A DNA stretch of 60,860 nucleotides, from contig JBFGQV010000003.1 of assembly GCA_041563955.1 (NCBI GenBank), positions 1-60,860 on the forward strand. Reading direction: 5' to 3'. The stretch comes from Alphaproteobacteria bacterium (GTDB taxonomy: Bacteria > Pseudomonadota > Alphaproteobacteria > UBA8366 > JADFVY01). This document shows positions 1 through 10,067 of the stretch, in pieces. Numbering within the stretch: position 1 is the stretch's first letter; the number at the start of each line of letters is the position of its first letter. The position numbers and the translations under genes were made by a program. Under the pieces are notes generated by a model that did not search any database, was not told the DNA's origin, and saw only the letters and a program-made list of their open reading frames with translations.

Positions 1-2028
1 CCAATCAAGATTTCACGCCTGACCCTTCGAAACCTCTCGAAAATGCCCCGCCGGCTATCGGTCACGGCCTACGCGGAGTGGGTCCTCGGCACGTCCCGTG
101 GCGCTTCGGGTCCGTTCATCGCGACGGAGATCGATGGGTCCACCGGCGCGATGCTGGCCCGCAATCCCTGGAGCATCGCATTCTCCGGCCGCGTCGCCTT
201 TGCAGATCTCGGCGGCCGACAGTCGGCCTGGACGGCAGACCGCACAGAGTTTCTTGGCCGCAATGGCGGACCTGCGGCGCCTGCGGCGCTCGTCGGAAAG
301 GCTCCATTATCCGGGACGATCGGCGCCGGTATGGATCCCTGCGCGGCCTTGCAGAGCGTCGTGGACCTCGGCGCGGGCGAGACGACCGAAGTCGTCTCGT
401 TCGTGGGACAATGCGGTTCAGCCAAAGAGGCCCGGGCACTGATCGCCCGCTATCGCGAGACCGATCTCGACGCCGTTCTCGAGGAGGTGACAGACCACTG
501 GGAGACATTGCTCGGGGCGGTTCAGGTCAAGACGCCCGACCGCGCGATGGACATCATGCTGAACGGCTGGCTGCTCTATCAGACTCTCGCCTGCCGCATC
601 TGGGCGCGCTCGGCCTTCTATCAGGCAAGCGGTGCCTACGGCTTCCGTGACCAGCTTCAGGACGGCATGGTCTTGACGTTCGCCAACCCGGAAGAGACGC
701 GAAGCCATCTCCTGCGCGCCGCCGGCCGGCAGTTCGTCGAAGGCGATGTCCAGCACTGGTGGCTGCCCCGTTCCGGGCAGGGGGTGCGAACGCGGATCTC
801 AGACGACCGTGTCTGGCTCGCCTTCGCGACCGCCGCCTACATCGCCTGTTCGGATGATTCGGCGATTCTGGATGAGATCGTGCCGTTTCTCGAAGGTCCT
901 ACCTTGAGCCCCGGCGAGCAGGACGCCTTCTTCCAACCGATGGTCGCGGACGAATCGGCCTCACTGTTCGAACACTGCGCCCGCGGCCTCGACCAATACC
1001 TCGAACTCACCGGCGAACACGGCTTGCCGCTCATTGGTACCGGCGACTGGAACGACGGCATGAACCGGGTCGGCGAGGGCGGCAAGGGCGAAAGCGTTTG
1101 GCTCGGCTGGCTTTTGGTGCGGACCATCGAGCTTTTTGCGCCGTTGGCGAAAGGTCGCGACGCCGACCGTGCCCAACGCTGGTGCGCTCATGCGGCCTCA
1201 GTGCGCGAGGCGCTCGAGCGGGAGGCCTGGGATGGCGAATGGTATCGCCGTGCGACTTTCGATGACGGAACTTGGCTCGGCTCAAAGACGAGCGAAGAGT
1301 GCCGAATCGATTCCATTGCTCAGTCCTGGGCGGTGTTGTCGGGCGCCGCCGATCCCGCGCGCGCCGCTGCGGCGATGGCGTCTTTGGAAAGGCAGCTTGT
1401 CCGCCGTGATGACGGCCTGGCCCTCCTGTTCTCGCCGCCCTTCGACAAGACGACTCGCGACCCCGGCTACATCAAAGGCTACCCGCCGGGCCTGCGCGAA
1501 AATGGCGGGCAATACAGCCACGCCGCCATGTGGGCAATCCTTGCGTTTGCCAAGCTGGGTGCAAGCGAGAAGGCTTGCGAGCTTTTCGCATTGCTCAACC
1601 CGATCAACCATGCGCGCACGCCCGAGGAAGCCGAACGCTACAAGGTCGAGCCTTACGTGCTCGCCGCCGACGTCTATTCTGTCTCGCCTCACGCCGGGCG
1701 CGGGGGATGGACCTGGTACACGGGCGCGGCCGGCTGGATGTATCGTGCCGGTGTCGAGGGCATTCTGGGCATCCGCCGCGAGGGTGCTTTTCTTATCGTC
1801 GATCCCTGCATTCCAGCCACATGGCCGGGATTTGAAGCCACGGTGAAAGTGGGATCGACCCAATATGATATCCGCGTGGAGACGCCGCTGCATTGTCGTC
1901 GCGACATCTCGCACGCTCTCCTCGATGGCTCCCGTCTCGACTGTGCCGAAGGGCGGGTCCGCGTCCCTCTGGACGGCGAGACGCACACTCTATTGATCGG
2001 CGTGGAACAAGCGCCGACTCACATTTGA
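1..2028 (+). CDS. C-terminal GH94 glycoside-phosphorylase-type domain of a cyclic beta-1,2-glucan synthase (NdvB/ChvB-like); the 5' end is outside the window
   Basis: Frame 1 is open from nt 1, with no stop before the listed ATG at 43. Motifs NGWLLYQTLACRIWARSAFYQASGAYGFRDQLQD, EGDVQHWW, GTGDWNDGMN, RENGGQYSHAA and WYTGAAGWMYR are typical of the GH94/NdvB C-terminal domain. Confidence 0.8.
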   Translation, partial: PIKISRLTLRNLSKMPRRLSVTAYAEWVLGTSRGASGPFIATEIDGSTGAMLARNPWSIAFSGRVAFADLGGRQSAWTADRTEFLGRNGGPAAPAALVGKAPLSGTIGAGMDPCAALQSVVDLGAGETTEVVSFVGQCGSAKEARALIARYRETDLDAVLEEVTDHWETLLGAVQVKTPDRAMDIMLNGWLLYQTLACRIWARSAFYQASGAYGFRDQLQDGMVLTFANPEETRSHLLRAAGRQFVEGDVQHWWLPRSGQGVRTRISDDRVWLAFATAAYIACSDDSAILDEIVPFLEGPTLSPGEQDAFFQPMVADESASLFEHCARGLDQYLELTGEHGLPLIGTGDWNDGMNRVGEGGKGESVWLGWLLVRTIELFAPLAKGRDADRAQRWCAHAASVREALEREAWDGEWYRRATFDDGTWLGSKTSEECRIDSIAQSWAVLSGAADPARAAAAMASLERQLVRRDDGLALLFSPPFDKTTRDPGYIKGYPPGLRENGGQYSHAAMWAILAFAKLGASEKACELFALLNPINHARTPEEAERYKVEPYVLAADVYSVSPHAGRGGWTWYTGAAGWMYRAGVEGILGIRREGAFLIVDPCIPATWPGFEATVKVGSTQYDIRVETPLHCRRDISHALLDGSRLDCAEGRVRVPLDGETHTLLIGVEQAPTHI

Positions 2029-2125
2029 CGCTCAAATGACCTACGATGTCTACGGCCACCTGTTTCCGTCGGAGGACGACGATTTCGAGAAACTGGCCGC
2101 CGGCGAGATCGCGGTGATCGGCTGA
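2027..2125 (+). pseudogene. C-terminal remnant of a tyrosine recombinase (phage/ICE-type integrase)
   Basis: The frame reads ..QMTYDVYGHLFPSEDDDFEKLAAGEIAVIG*. The xxYGHLFP block is the conserved catalytic-Tyr C-terminal region of tyrosine integrases. Only about 30 codons remain, abutting the stop of the upstream gene. Confidence 0.6.
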
Positions 2126-2180
2126 ACGCGACAAGAATGCAACATAGAGGGCCTAACTATCTATAAAAGAAGACAGTTAT

Positions 2181-2230
2181 GCGGACTTCTAATCCGCAGG
2201 TTGCAGGTTCGAGTCCTGCCGGGGTCGCCA
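2181..2230 (+). tRNA. Partial tRNA-Arg(UCU): 3' half only (anticodon arm to CCA); probable att-site remnant, not a functional tRNA
   Basis: GCGGA-CTTCTAA-TCCGC (perfect anticodon stem, anticodon TCT), AGGTT, GCAGG-TTCGAGT-CCTGC (T arm), CGGGGTC-G-CCA. The 26 nt upstream (ctaactatctataaaagaagacagttat) are AT-rich and contain no D arm or 5' acceptor strand (GACCCCG). Confidence 0.7.
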
Positions 2231-2316
2231 GGTCTTGCCGGCACGCCGGACGCCGACGGCGTCGTGCGATCGGGGATGGTGCAGGCGTTGCCAAGGGCGC
2301 CCGGGCCGACTCCTCT

Positions 2317-3699
2317 TCAGCACTCGACGACGTTGACCGCGAGCCCGCCCTGCGAGGTCTCCTTGTATTTGGCCTGCATGTCGGCACCGGTCTGGCGCAT
2401 GGTCTCGATAACCTTGTCGAGCGAGACGAAATGCGTGCCGTCGCCCCTGAGTGCCAGGCGCGCCGCGTTGATCGCCTTGACCGCGCCCATCGTGTTGCGC
2501 TCGATACAGGGGATCTGCACGAGGCCACCGATCGGATCGCAGGTCAGCCCGAGATTGTGCTCCATGCCGATCTCGGCAGCGTTCTCGATCTGCTCGTTCG
2601 AGCCGCCGAGGGCCGCCGTGAGCCCCGCCGCGGCCATCGAGCAGGCGACGCCGACCTCGCCCTGGCAGCCGACCTCGGCCGCCGAGATCGAAGCGTTCTT
2701 CTTGTAAAGCATGCCGATGGCGGCCGCGGTGGCGAGGAAGGTGATGATGCCGTCCTGGCTCGAGCCGGCGACACAGCGGTCGTAATAGGCGATCACCGCC
2801 GGGATCACACCGGCGGCGCCGTTGGTCGGCGCGGTCACGACGCGGCCGCCGGCGGCGTTCTCCTCGTTGACGGCGAGGGCATAGAGATTGACCCAGTCGA
2901 GCACCGAAAGATGGTCCTTCAGCGAGGCCTCCGGCCGCTCCGCCAGCTCACGGTAGAGACAGGCGGCGCGCCGCTTGACCTTGAGGCCGCCGGGCAGGGT
3001 CCCGTCCTGCTGGCAGCCGCGGCGGATGCTGCCCTCCATCGCGGCCCAGATGTTGCGCAGCCCGTCGAAGATCTCGTCCTCGCCGCGCCAGGCTTTCTCG
3101 TTCTCGATCACGATGCCGGCGATGCTGAGGCCGGTCCTGCGGCCGATCGCCAGCAACTCCTCAGCCGATTCGAACGGATACGGCAGGACGACGTTGCTGC
3201 CCGGGCCGTCGGCGTCGCTTTCTGCTTCGGCGTCGCTGAGCACGAATCCGCCGCCGACCGAATAATAGATCGCCTCGTGGATCGCGCGGTTACCGGAATT
3301 CAGGGCGATGAAGCGCATGCCGTTCGGGTGTTTCGGCAACAACTCGTCGTAGCGGAACAGCAGGTGGTCGGGCTCGCGGAACGGCACCGGCTTGCGCCCG
3401 TACAGCCGCAACGTTCCGCTGTTGCGGACCGCGGCAACCATCTCGTCGGCTTCGTCCGGATCAACCGTATCGGGGGTCGCGCCGAGGAGGCCGAGGACCA
3501 CCGCCTTGTCCGTCGCATGGCCCCGCCCGGTCAGCGCGAGCGAACCGTACAGGCTGACCTCGACCGACTCGGTCGTGGCGATCAGGTTGCGCGACTCCAG
3601 CTCGAGGAGGAACCGGTTGGCCGCCCACATCGGCCCGACCGTATGCGAGCTCGACGGCCCGATGCCGATCTTGAAGAGATCGAAGATGCTGAGACTCAT
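2317..3699 (-). CDS. sdaA: L-serine ammonia-lyase (L-serine dehydratase, iron-sulfur type)
   Basis: 460 aa. The N-terminus [24 protein letters not shown] is the family hallmark. Full-length single-chain SdaA organisation. Confidence 0.93.
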   Translation of the reverse strand: MSLSIFDLFKIGIGPSSSHTVGPMWAANRFLLELESRNLIATTESVEVSLYGSLALTGRGHATDKAVVLGLLGATPDTVDPDEADEMVAAVRNSGTLRLYGRKPVPFREPDHLLFRYDELLPKHPNGMRFIALNSGNRAIHEAIYYSVGGGFVLSDAEAESDADGPGSNVVLPYPFESAEELLAIGRRTGLSIAGIVIENEKAWRGEDEIFDGLRNIWAAMEGSIRRGCQQDGTLPGGLKVKRRAACLYRELAERPEASLKDHLSVLDWVNLYALAVNEENAAGGRVVTAPTNGAAGVIPAVIAYYDRCVAGSSQDGIITFLATAAAIGMLYKKNASISAAEVGCQGEVGVACSMAAAGLTAALGGSNEQIENAAEIGMEHNLGLTCDPIGGLVQIPCIERNTMGAVKAINAARLALRGDGTHFVSLDKVIETMRQTGADMQAKYKETSQGGLAVNVVEC

Positions 3700-3845
3700 T
3701 TCATCCGCCCCGTGGCCCCGCCGGCGTGTCTCTGGACAGGCGCCGGATTTTCCGATAGGAAATATACTCTATTATCGTGGGACTCTATAGTCATGTTTAC
3801 GATGGTGGAATTTCGCCTTCCGTCGCCCGCCCGGGCGTCCCGCCG

Positions 3846-4466
3846 ATGAGCCGCAACGACCGCAACGGTCCCATGCTGCGCGCGGCGAAGGCGAGCCGGC
3901 CGCTGAAGGTCGAGCCGCTCAAGCTGGGGGAGCGGATCCGCGACATCCGGCGTCGCAACAATTGGACGTTGGAGGACGCCAGCCGGCGCACCGGCCTGGC
4001 CCGCTCGACCCTGTCGAAGATCGAAAACGAACAGATGTCGCCGACCTTCGAGGTCGTGCAGAAGCTTGCGGCGGGCCTCGAGATCGAGCTGCCGCAGCTG
4101 TTCGAGGCGAGCGAAGCGGGCGGGGCGACGGGCCGGCGCACGGTCACGCGTGCCGGCGAGGGGCGGCCGCGGGTCACCGCGACCTACGAGCACGAGCTGC
4201 TCAGCGTCGAGCTGGCGAAACGCAAGATGATCCCGTTCAAGACGCGGGTGCGTGCGCGTTCGTTCGACTCCTTTTCCAGCTGGGTGCGGCATCCGGGGGA
4301 GGAATTCCTTTACGTGCTCGAGGGCAGCATCGCCTTCTACAGCGAATTCTATGAACCGGTGGTCCTCGCCGCCGGCGACAGCGTCTACTACGACAGCGAT
4401 ATGGGACATGCCTGTATCTCGGTCAGCGATGAGGATGCTCTTATCCTGTGGGTTTCAACGGGTTGA
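3846..4466 (+). CDS. XRE-family transcriptional regulator with C-terminal cupin domain
   Basis: HTH segment WTLEDASRRTGLARSTLSKIENEQMSP; cupin segment HPGEEFLYVLEGSIAFY...GDSVYYDSDMGH. I chose the internal ATG at 3846 over the ORF-track start at 3777 because the upstream part is low-complexity promoter DNA. Divergent from sdaA. Confidence 0.8.
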   Translation: MSRNDRNGPMLRAAKASRPLKVEPLKLGERIRDIRRRNNWTLEDASRRTGLARSTLSKIENEQMSPTFEVVQKLAAGLEIELPQLFEASEAGGATGRRTVTRAGEGRPRVTATYEHELLSVELAKRKMIPFKTRVRARSFDSFSSWVRHPGEEFLYVLEGSIAFYSEFYEPVVLAAGDSVYYDSDMGHACISVSDEDALILWVSTG

Positions 4467-4565
4467 GGCGCCAGATTCGCGCGAACGGGCAACCCGGGCA
4501 AGCCCCGTTGGTGTGGGCGCGGACCTACCCGGAGCGGCGGGATTTCGCGGCATTGGGCCTTGTCC

Positions 4566-4590
4566 CGAAACCGTGTTTCGTATAAGAAAC
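4566..4590. promoter_or_regulatory. Candidate operator: CGAAAC-cgt-GTTTCG-tataa-GAAAC (three alternating half-sites) upstream of gcvT
   Basis: Read directly from the sequence, in the 183-bp gap between the XRE-cupin regulator gene and gcvT. No known consensus assigned. Confidence 0.25.
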
Positions 4591-4649
4591 ATAGACGCCC
4601 GAACCAGTGATCCGGCCCCCCGGCGCAGCCCGGCACGGCGCCGGGTTTC

Positions 4650-5813
4650 ATGCCCAACAGCGAGCGGAATGCCGCGATGCCGAGCACGCCCCGGACGATC
4701 GAAACGGACAGGCTGGCGCGCACGCCGCTGTACGACCTGCACACGGAACTCGGTGCGCGGATCGTGCCGTTCGCCGGCTACGAGATGCCGGTCCAGTTCA
4801 CGGGCGTCCTCGACGAGCACAGGCACGTGCGCGCGGCGGCGGGCCTGTTCGACGTCTCGCATATGGGTCAGCTGCGGCTGCGCGGACCCGGCGCGGCCGC
4901 GGTCCTGGAGACGCTGGTGCCGGTCGACGTCGCCGATCTCGCCGCCGGCCGCCAGCGCTATGCGCTGTTCACCAACGCGCAAGGCGGCATCCGCGACGAT
5001 CTGATGATCACCAATGCCGGCGATCACCTGCTGCTGGTCGTCAATGCCGCCTGCAAAGCGCAGGATCTCGCCCATCTGCGTGCGAACCTGGCGGATCGCT
5101 GCGACATCGAGGAGCTGTCGGAGCGCGCCCTGCTGGCGCTGCAGGGGCCGGCGGCGGCCGGCGTCATGGAGGCGATCGCTCCGGCGGCGGCAGAGATGCC
5201 GTTCATGAGCGGCGGCACCCACGAGCTGTTCGGCGCCGCCTGTTTCGTCACCCGGTCCGGCTATACCGGCGAGGACGGTTTCGAGATCTCGGTGCCGGCC
5301 GATGCGGCGGAGCATGTCGCACGCCAGCTGCTGGCCCGCGACGAGGTGGCGCCGATCGGCCTCGGCGCGCGCGATACGCTGCGCCTGGAAGCCGGGCTGT
5401 GCCTGTACGGACACGACATCGACGAGACGACGACCCCGATCCAGGCGGGTCTGGCCTGGGCGATCCAGAAGGCCCGGCGCCGCGGCGGCGCGCGCGCGTT
5501 CGGATATCCCGGGGCCGAAGTCATCGATGCCGAGATGCGCGATGGCCCTGCGCGCCGGCGCGTCGGCCTGCGACCGGAGGGCCGGGCACCCGTGCGCGCC
5601 GGCGCCGAACTGACGAACCAGTCCGGCGCGGTGGTCGGCCATGTCACCAGCGGCGGCTTCGGCCCGACCGTTGGGGGACCAGTGGCGATGGGGTATGTCA
5701 GCGCCGACTGGGCCGCCGAGGGCACGCGACTTTCCGCCGTCGTGCGGGGCAAGGCCGTGCCGGTTTCGGTGGCGCGGATGCCGTTTGTCGCGCATCGTTA
5801 TTATCGCGGATAG
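4650..5813 (+). CDS. gcvT: Glycine cleavage system aminomethyltransferase (T protein)
   Basis: 387 aa. [35 protein letters not shown] and [11 protein letters not shown] motifs. An alternative start at 4677 is possible. Confidence 0.92.
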   Translation: MPNSERNAAMPSTPRTIETDRLARTPLYDLHTELGARIVPFAGYEMPVQFTGVLDEHRHVRAAAGLFDVSHMGQLRLRGPGAAAVLETLVPVDVADLAAGRQRYALFTNAQGGIRDDLMITNAGDHLLLVVNAACKAQDLAHLRANLADRCDIEELSERALLALQGPAAAGVMEAIAPAAAEMPFMSGGTHELFGAACFVTRSGYTGEDGFEISVPADAAEHVARQLLARDEVAPIGLGARDTLRLEAGLCLYGHDIDETTTPIQAGLAWAIQKARRRGGARAFGYPGAEVIDAEMRDGPARRRVGLRPEGRAPVRAGAELTNQSGAVVGHVTSGGFGPTVGGPVAMGYVSADWAAEGTRLSAVVRGKAVPVSVARMPFVAHRYYRG

Positions 5814-5866
5814 ACGAATGTGGTCTCGGCCCCGCGGCCAGCCACGCAAATCTGGAGCGTACGATC

Positions 5867-8779
5867 ATGAGCAAGCAGCGGCCGACACTGAGCGAGCTGA
5901 AGATGCGGGACGACTTCGTCCGCCGGCACATCGGCCCGGACGATCCGCAGGTCGCCGAGATGCTGAAGCTGCTGAAACTGAAATCCCTCGACGAGCTGGT
6001 CGACAAGGCGATTCCGCGGGCGATCCGCTCCGACGATCAGCCCCTGGTGCTGCCGGAACCGCAGACAGAGCGCGAGATCCATTCGCTGCTGCGCCGCATC
6101 GCCGGCCGCAACCGCGTGTTCACGTCGATGATCGGCCTCGGATACCACGGCACCATCATGCCGCCGGTGATCCAGCGAAACGTGCTCGAAAATCCCGGCT
6201 GGTACACCGCGTATACGCCGTACCAGGCCGAGGTCAGCCAGGGCCGGCTGGAGGTCTTGCTGGCGTTCCAGCAGATGGTGATGGACCTCACCGGCATGGA
6301 CCTCGCCAATGCATCGCTGCTCGACGAGGCGACCGCCGCCGCCGAGGCGATGACGATGTCGCACAGGATCGCCAAGACGGGGTCCGACGTGTTCTTCGTC
6401 GATGCCGCGTGCCATCCGCAGACCATCGCGGTCGTGCAGACCCGGGCCCGGCCCCTGGGACTGAAGGTGGTGGTCGGCGATCCGTCGAGCGAGCTGGACC
6501 GGCACGACATCTTTGGCGCGCTCGTGCAATACCCGGGAACTTACGGCGATGTCAGGGATCTGCGGCCGATCATTGAGAAAGTGCATGAGAAAAAGGCGTT
6601 GGCCGTGGTGGCCGCCGACCTGCTGGCGCTGGTGGTGCTGACGCCGCCCGGCGAGATGGGGGCCGACATCGTGGTCGGCAATTCCCAGCGCTTCGGCGTG
6701 CCGATGGGCTATGGCGGGCCGCACGCCGCCTTTTTCGCGACCCGCGACGAGTACAAACGGCAGACTCCGGGCCGCATCATCGGCGTGTCCATCGATTCCG
6801 AGGGCAATCGCGCCCTGCGCATGGCGATGCAGACCCGCGAGCAGCACATCCGGCGGGAAAAGGCGACCAGCAACATCTGCACGGCGCAGGTGTTGCTGGC
6901 CATGCTGGCGGCACTCTATGCGGTGTATCACGGGCCGGACGGTCTCAAGCGCATCGCCGGGCGTGTCCACCGGCTGACCCAGATCATGGCCGAAGGCCTG
7001 GGGCGGCTCGGCTTCGAGATCGCCACAGAGGCCTATTTCGATACCGTGACCGTGCTATTGCCCGGCCAGGCGCGCCGTGTCGCCGCCCGGGCCCGCGAGG
7101 CGCGCATCAACCTGCGCGTCATCGACGCCGACCGGCTCGGCATCACCTTCGATGAGTCGACGCAGCGCAAGAATGTCGTCGCGCTGTGGCAGGTGTTCTC
7201 GCCGCAGGCCGACCCGCAACCCGATCTCGATGCGCTCGACGGCGAGATCGACGAATGCATCCCGAAGGCGCTGGTTCGCAGCAGCGAATTCCTTACGCAT
7301 CCGGTCTTCCACCTCTACCATTCGGAAACCGAGATGATGCGCTACCTGCGCTTCCTGTCGGCCAAGGACATCGCCCTCGACCGCGCGATGATCCCGCTCG
7401 GCTCCTGCACGATGAAACTCAATGCGGCCAGCGAAATGATCCCGATTTCCTGGCGCGAGTTCACCCATATGCATCCGTTCGCGCCGCTCGATCAGACCCA
7501 GGGCTACCAGCAGCTGTTCGAGGAGCTCGAGGCGATGCTGTGCGAGATCACCGGCTTCGATGCCGTCTCGCTACAGCCGAACGCGGGCAGCCAGGGCGAG
7601 TATGCGGGGCTTCTGGTGATCCGCAGATATCTCGAGAGCAAGGGGGAGGCGGGGCGCAACGTGTGCCTGATCCCGGCCTCCGCACACGGCACCAATCCGG
7701 CCAGCGCGACCATGGCCGGCCTGCGCGTCGTCGTGGTGAAATCGGACGAGCGCGGCAATGTCGACATGGGCGATTTGCGTGAAAAGGCGAAAACGCATGC
7801 CGCCGAACTTGCGGCGCTGATGATCACCTATCCATCGACCCACGGCGTCTACGAGGAGACGATCGTCGAGATCTGCGAGGTGATCCATGAACATGGCGGC
7901 CAGGTCTACATGGACGGGGCGAATCTGAATGCCATGGTCGGCATTGCCCGGCCGGCGCGACTCGGCGCCGACGTCATGCACATGAACCTGCACAAGACGT
8001 TCGCCATCCCACATGGCGGCGGCGGCCCCGGCATGGGGCCGATCGGCGTGGCGGCGCATCTGGCCCCGTTCCTGCCCGACCATCCGATGGTCGAGGGCGT
8101 CAATCCGGCGGCGCGCGGCGGCGATACGATCGGCGCGGTGTCGGCGGCGCCGTGGGGCTCGGCGAGCATCCTGCCGATCAGCTGGACCTATATCCGGCTG
8201 ATGGGCGCCGAGGGCCTGAAGCGCGCGACCCAGGTGGCGGTGCTCAACGCCAACTACATCGCCCGGCGGCTCGATCCCCATTACCCGGTGCTGTACACCG
8301 GCAAGGACGGCTTCGTGGCGCATGAATGCATCATCGATCTGCGGCCGCTCAAGGAAGCGAGCGGCATCACCGTCGAGGACGTGGCCAAGCGGCTGGTCGA
8401 TTACGGGTTCCATGCCCCCACCATGTCGTTTCCGGTTCCTGACACGATGATGATCGAGCCGACCGAGAGCGAGGCAAAGCGGGAACTGGATCGGCTTTGC
8501 GATGCGCTGATCGCCATTCGCGAGGAGGCGGCCGAGGTCGAGGCGGGACAGGCGGATGCGGAGAACAACGTGCTGCGCAACGCGCCGCATACCCACCGCC
8601 TGTTGCTCGAGGGAGACTGGTCGCGACCCTATTCCAAGGAGCGCGCGTTTTTCCCGCTGCCCACCTTGCGCGAGGACAAGTACTGGCCGCCGGTCGGCCG
8701 GGTCGACAATGTCTATGGCGACCGCCATCTCGTGTGCAGCTGTCCGCCGTTGGAGGCCTATGGCGAAGCCGCGGAGTAG
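5867..8779 (+). CDS. gcvP: Glycine dehydrogenase (decarboxylating), single-chain P protein
   Basis: 970 aa starting [24 protein letters not shown] at an internal ATG of the artefactual 4607..8779 [17 protein letters not shown] and [16 protein letters not shown] (PLP lysine region) motifs. Confidence 0.93.
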   Translation: MSKQRPTLSELKMRDDFVRRHIGPDDPQVAEMLKLLKLKSLDELVDKAIPRAIRSDDQPLVLPEPQTEREIHSLLRRIAGRNRVFTSMIGLGYHGTIMPPVIQRNVLENPGWYTAYTPYQAEVSQGRLEVLLAFQQMVMDLTGMDLANASLLDEATAAAEAMTMSHRIAKTGSDVFFVDAACHPQTIAVVQTRARPLGLKVVVGDPSSELDRHDIFGALVQYPGTYGDVRDLRPIIEKVHEKKALAVVAADLLALVVLTPPGEMGADIVVGNSQRFGVPMGYGGPHAAFFATRDEYKRQTPGRIIGVSIDSEGNRALRMAMQTREQHIRREKATSNICTAQVLLAMLAALYAVYHGPDGLKRIAGRVHRLTQIMAEGLGRLGFEIATEAYFDTVTVLLPGQARRVAARAREARINLRVIDADRLGITFDESTQRKNVVALWQVFSPQADPQPDLDALDGEIDECIPKALVRSSEFLTHPVFHLYHSETEMMRYLRFLSAKDIALDRAMIPLGSCTMKLNAASEMIPISWREFTHMHPFAPLDQTQGYQQLFEELEAMLCEITGFDAVSLQPNAGSQGEYAGLLVIRRYLESKGEAGRNVCLIPASAHGTNPASATMAGLRVVVVKSDERGNVDMGDLREKAKTHAAELAALMITYPSTHGVYEETIVEICEVIHEHGGQVYMDGANLNAMVGIARPARLGADVMHMNLHKTFAIPHGGGGPGMGPIGVAAHLAPFLPDHPMVEGVNPAARGGDTIGAVSAAPWGSASILPISWTYIRLMGAEGLKRATQVAVLNANYIARRLDPHYPVLYTGKDGFVAHECIIDLRPLKEASGITVEDVAKRLVDYGFHAPTMSFPVPDTMMIEPTESEAKRELDRLCDALIAIREEAAEVEAGQADAENNVLRNAPHTHRLLLEGDWSRPYSKERAFFPLPTLREDKYWPPVGRVDNVYGDRHLVCSCPPLEAYGEAAE

Positions 8780-8848
8780 GGGCTTGTTGCGCTGGTACAC
8801 TCGTTGAGGCTAACCCTGACGGATTAGTGCGCACGGCAAAAAAAACGT

Positions 8849-8884
8849 CCGGGGAATGGTTGGTGCCATTCCCCGGTTAGTTTT
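8849..8884 (+). terminator. Rho-independent terminator after gcvP
   Basis: Perfect 11-bp stem CCGGGGAATGG / CCATTCCCCGG with a 6-nt loop, followed by TTAGTTTT. It is preceded by an A-run, so it may act in both directions. Confidence 0.8.
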
Positions 8885-8940
8885 GGCGGGTAAGAGAGGG
8901 TTAGAGGAGTTCTTTTTACGCTTTGATTCGTGTAGGAACA

Positions 8941-8954
8941 TTGATCCAGATCAA
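8941..8954. promoter_or_regulatory. Perfect FNR/CRP-type box TTGAT-CCAG-ATCAA
   Basis: Exact match to the TTGAT-N4-ATCAA consensus, centred about 118 nt upstream of the ATG at 9066. Confidence 0.55.
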
Positions 8955-9065
8955 TTCCCGCAAATCGTTTGTGGTTTTTCAAAAAAATCGCTGCGGCGGG
9001 GCGTCGCAGGGACCGTCCGCCAGGCCCGAACCGGCGCCTGGCAGGTGGAATCGCGACGGTGGGAG

Positions 9066-9497
9066 ATGGCTTTGATGGGCGAACGTTTTCACGGAACCTG
9101 GCGCATCGTCTCGTGGGAGAACCGGGAAGACGATGGTGTGGTCAGCTATCCGGTCGGACCTGCGCCGGAGGGGCTGCTGCATTACGCGCCGGACGGCTAC
9201 ATGTTCGTCCACATCATGCGGGCCGGGCGCACCCCGCTGTCCACCGACGCGCTGTTCGGTGGCGACACGCCGGAGCACGCCGAGGCCTTTGCGAGCCACG
9301 TCGCCTATGCCGGACGTTGGGAGGTGCGCGGCGACGTCATGGTTCACCGGCTGGAGATCGCCTCCGTCCCCAACTGGGTCGGCGGCGAGCAGTTGCGGCG
9401 CGTCGAGTTCCTCGACGGCGACCGGCTGCGGCTCAGCGCGCCGATGGCGTTCGGCGGCAAGACTGTGATGGCCAGCGTGACGTGGCGGCGCGCGTGA
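9066..9497 (+). CDS. Lipocalin-like domain protein (PF13924-like)
   Basis: 143 aa from an internal ATG. The pattern HGTWRIVSWENREDDGVVSYPVGPAPEGLLHYAPDGYMFVHIM resembles lipocalin-like beta-barrel domain proteins. The ORF-track start at 8856 would run through the terminator and the FNR box. Confidence 0.6.
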   Translation: MALMGERFHGTWRIVSWENREDDGVVSYPVGPAPEGLLHYAPDGYMFVHIMRAGRTPLSTDALFGGDTPEHAEAFASHVAYAGRWEVRGDVMVHRLEIASVPNWVGGEQLRRVEFLDGDRLRLSAPMAFGGKTVMASVTWRRA

Positions 9498-9569
9498 CGG
9501 GAGAGGGCAGGGCGCGCCGCCGGCGCCCCCTTTAACCCTTCCGCAACGCCGTGCCGCGACAATCGCGCC

Positions 9570-10067
9570 ATGAACGGGAAAGACGAACAGACGAGCGGCG
9601 GGGGCGGCGTCGGCGAAGACGCGCCGCGGCCGACGCGCTATTGGGCGATTGTTGTGTTCTTTGCGGTCGGCGGCTTCGCCTGGAGCGCATCGCGCTGGCT
9701 CTCCGCTCATCTCATGGGAATTACCACCGAACAGCGTGTGTTCATCGTGGAGTTCGCGGCATATTTCGTGCCGACGTTTGCTGTGTGGGCTGCAAGCGAG
9801 AGAATGGACCTCGGCCAGCCCGGCCCCCGGCGCTGTTTCCTGTTGATCTGGGTTGCGGTCCTGGCGGTGGCGATTCCGTCCCATCTGCTGGTTCTGGCCG
9901 TCCTGCGTCCTTGGCTGGACGCGGAGGCGGGAGTCCTGGCCCAGCTCGGCCTCATGCTGCCTGCCTACGCGATCCCGTTCGCTGCGGTGATCGCAGCGCA
10001 AAAATCGGTTACCCGCCTGTGCCGCGATGCGGATTGGGCGTCCGATAAATCGGACGGGGCCGAATGA
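9570..10067 (+). CDS. Hypothetical integral membrane protein (about 4 TM segments)
   Basis: 165 aa with hydrophobic helices (YWAIVVFFAVGGFAW, FIVEFAAYFVPTFAVWAA, CFLLIWVAVLAVAIP, LGLMLPAYAIPFAAVIAA). Its stop overlaps the next start (ATGA at 10064-10067). Confidence 0.55.
   Translation: MNGKDEQTSGGGGVGEDAPRPTRYWAIVVFFAVGGFAWSASRWLSAHLMGITTEQRVFIVEFAAYFVPTFAVWAASERMDLGQPGPRRCFLLIWVAVLAVAIPSHLLVLAVLRPWLDAEAGVLAQLGLMLPAYAIPFAAVIAAQKSVTRLCRDADWASDKSDGAE

Noticed and set aside
2179-3849. Long antisense or off-frame ORFs opposite confirmed genes (for example 2179..3849, 4455..5849, 5801..6970, 7571..8800, 11060..12934, 13016..14290, 22789..24162, 25307..27382, 26791..29547, 41715..43448, 51642..53090, 54204..55811, 55918..56745, 59064..60344)
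   Set aside because: Each overlaps a gene with clear family motifs on the other strand or frame. Their translations are low-complexity (R/A/G/P/D-rich) with no recognisable domains. Such open frames are expected in DNA of about 70% G+C.
4628-4648. Hairpin CCCGGC-acggc-GCCGGG followed by TTTC just before the gcvT ATG, as a terminator or attenuator
   Set aside because: The T-tract is only 3 nt and it abuts or overlaps the candidate start codon. GC-rich hairpins of this size are frequent by chance in this genome.
4467-4649. Possible glycine riboswitch in the gcvT leader
   Set aside because: The conserved GGAGAG and ACCGAAGG(G/A)GCAA core elements of RF00504 are absent when reading both strands by eye. 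This still needs an Infernal scan for certainty.
4607-8779. A 1390-aa ORF spanning gcvT (in another frame) and gcvP
   Set aside because: Only the part from ATG 5867 onward is GcvP. The upstream 420 codons are Arg/Ala/Gly/Pro-rich translation of the gcvT region in a wrong frame, which is a typical stop-poor artefact of high G+C. The real gcvT is the 4650..5813 frame.
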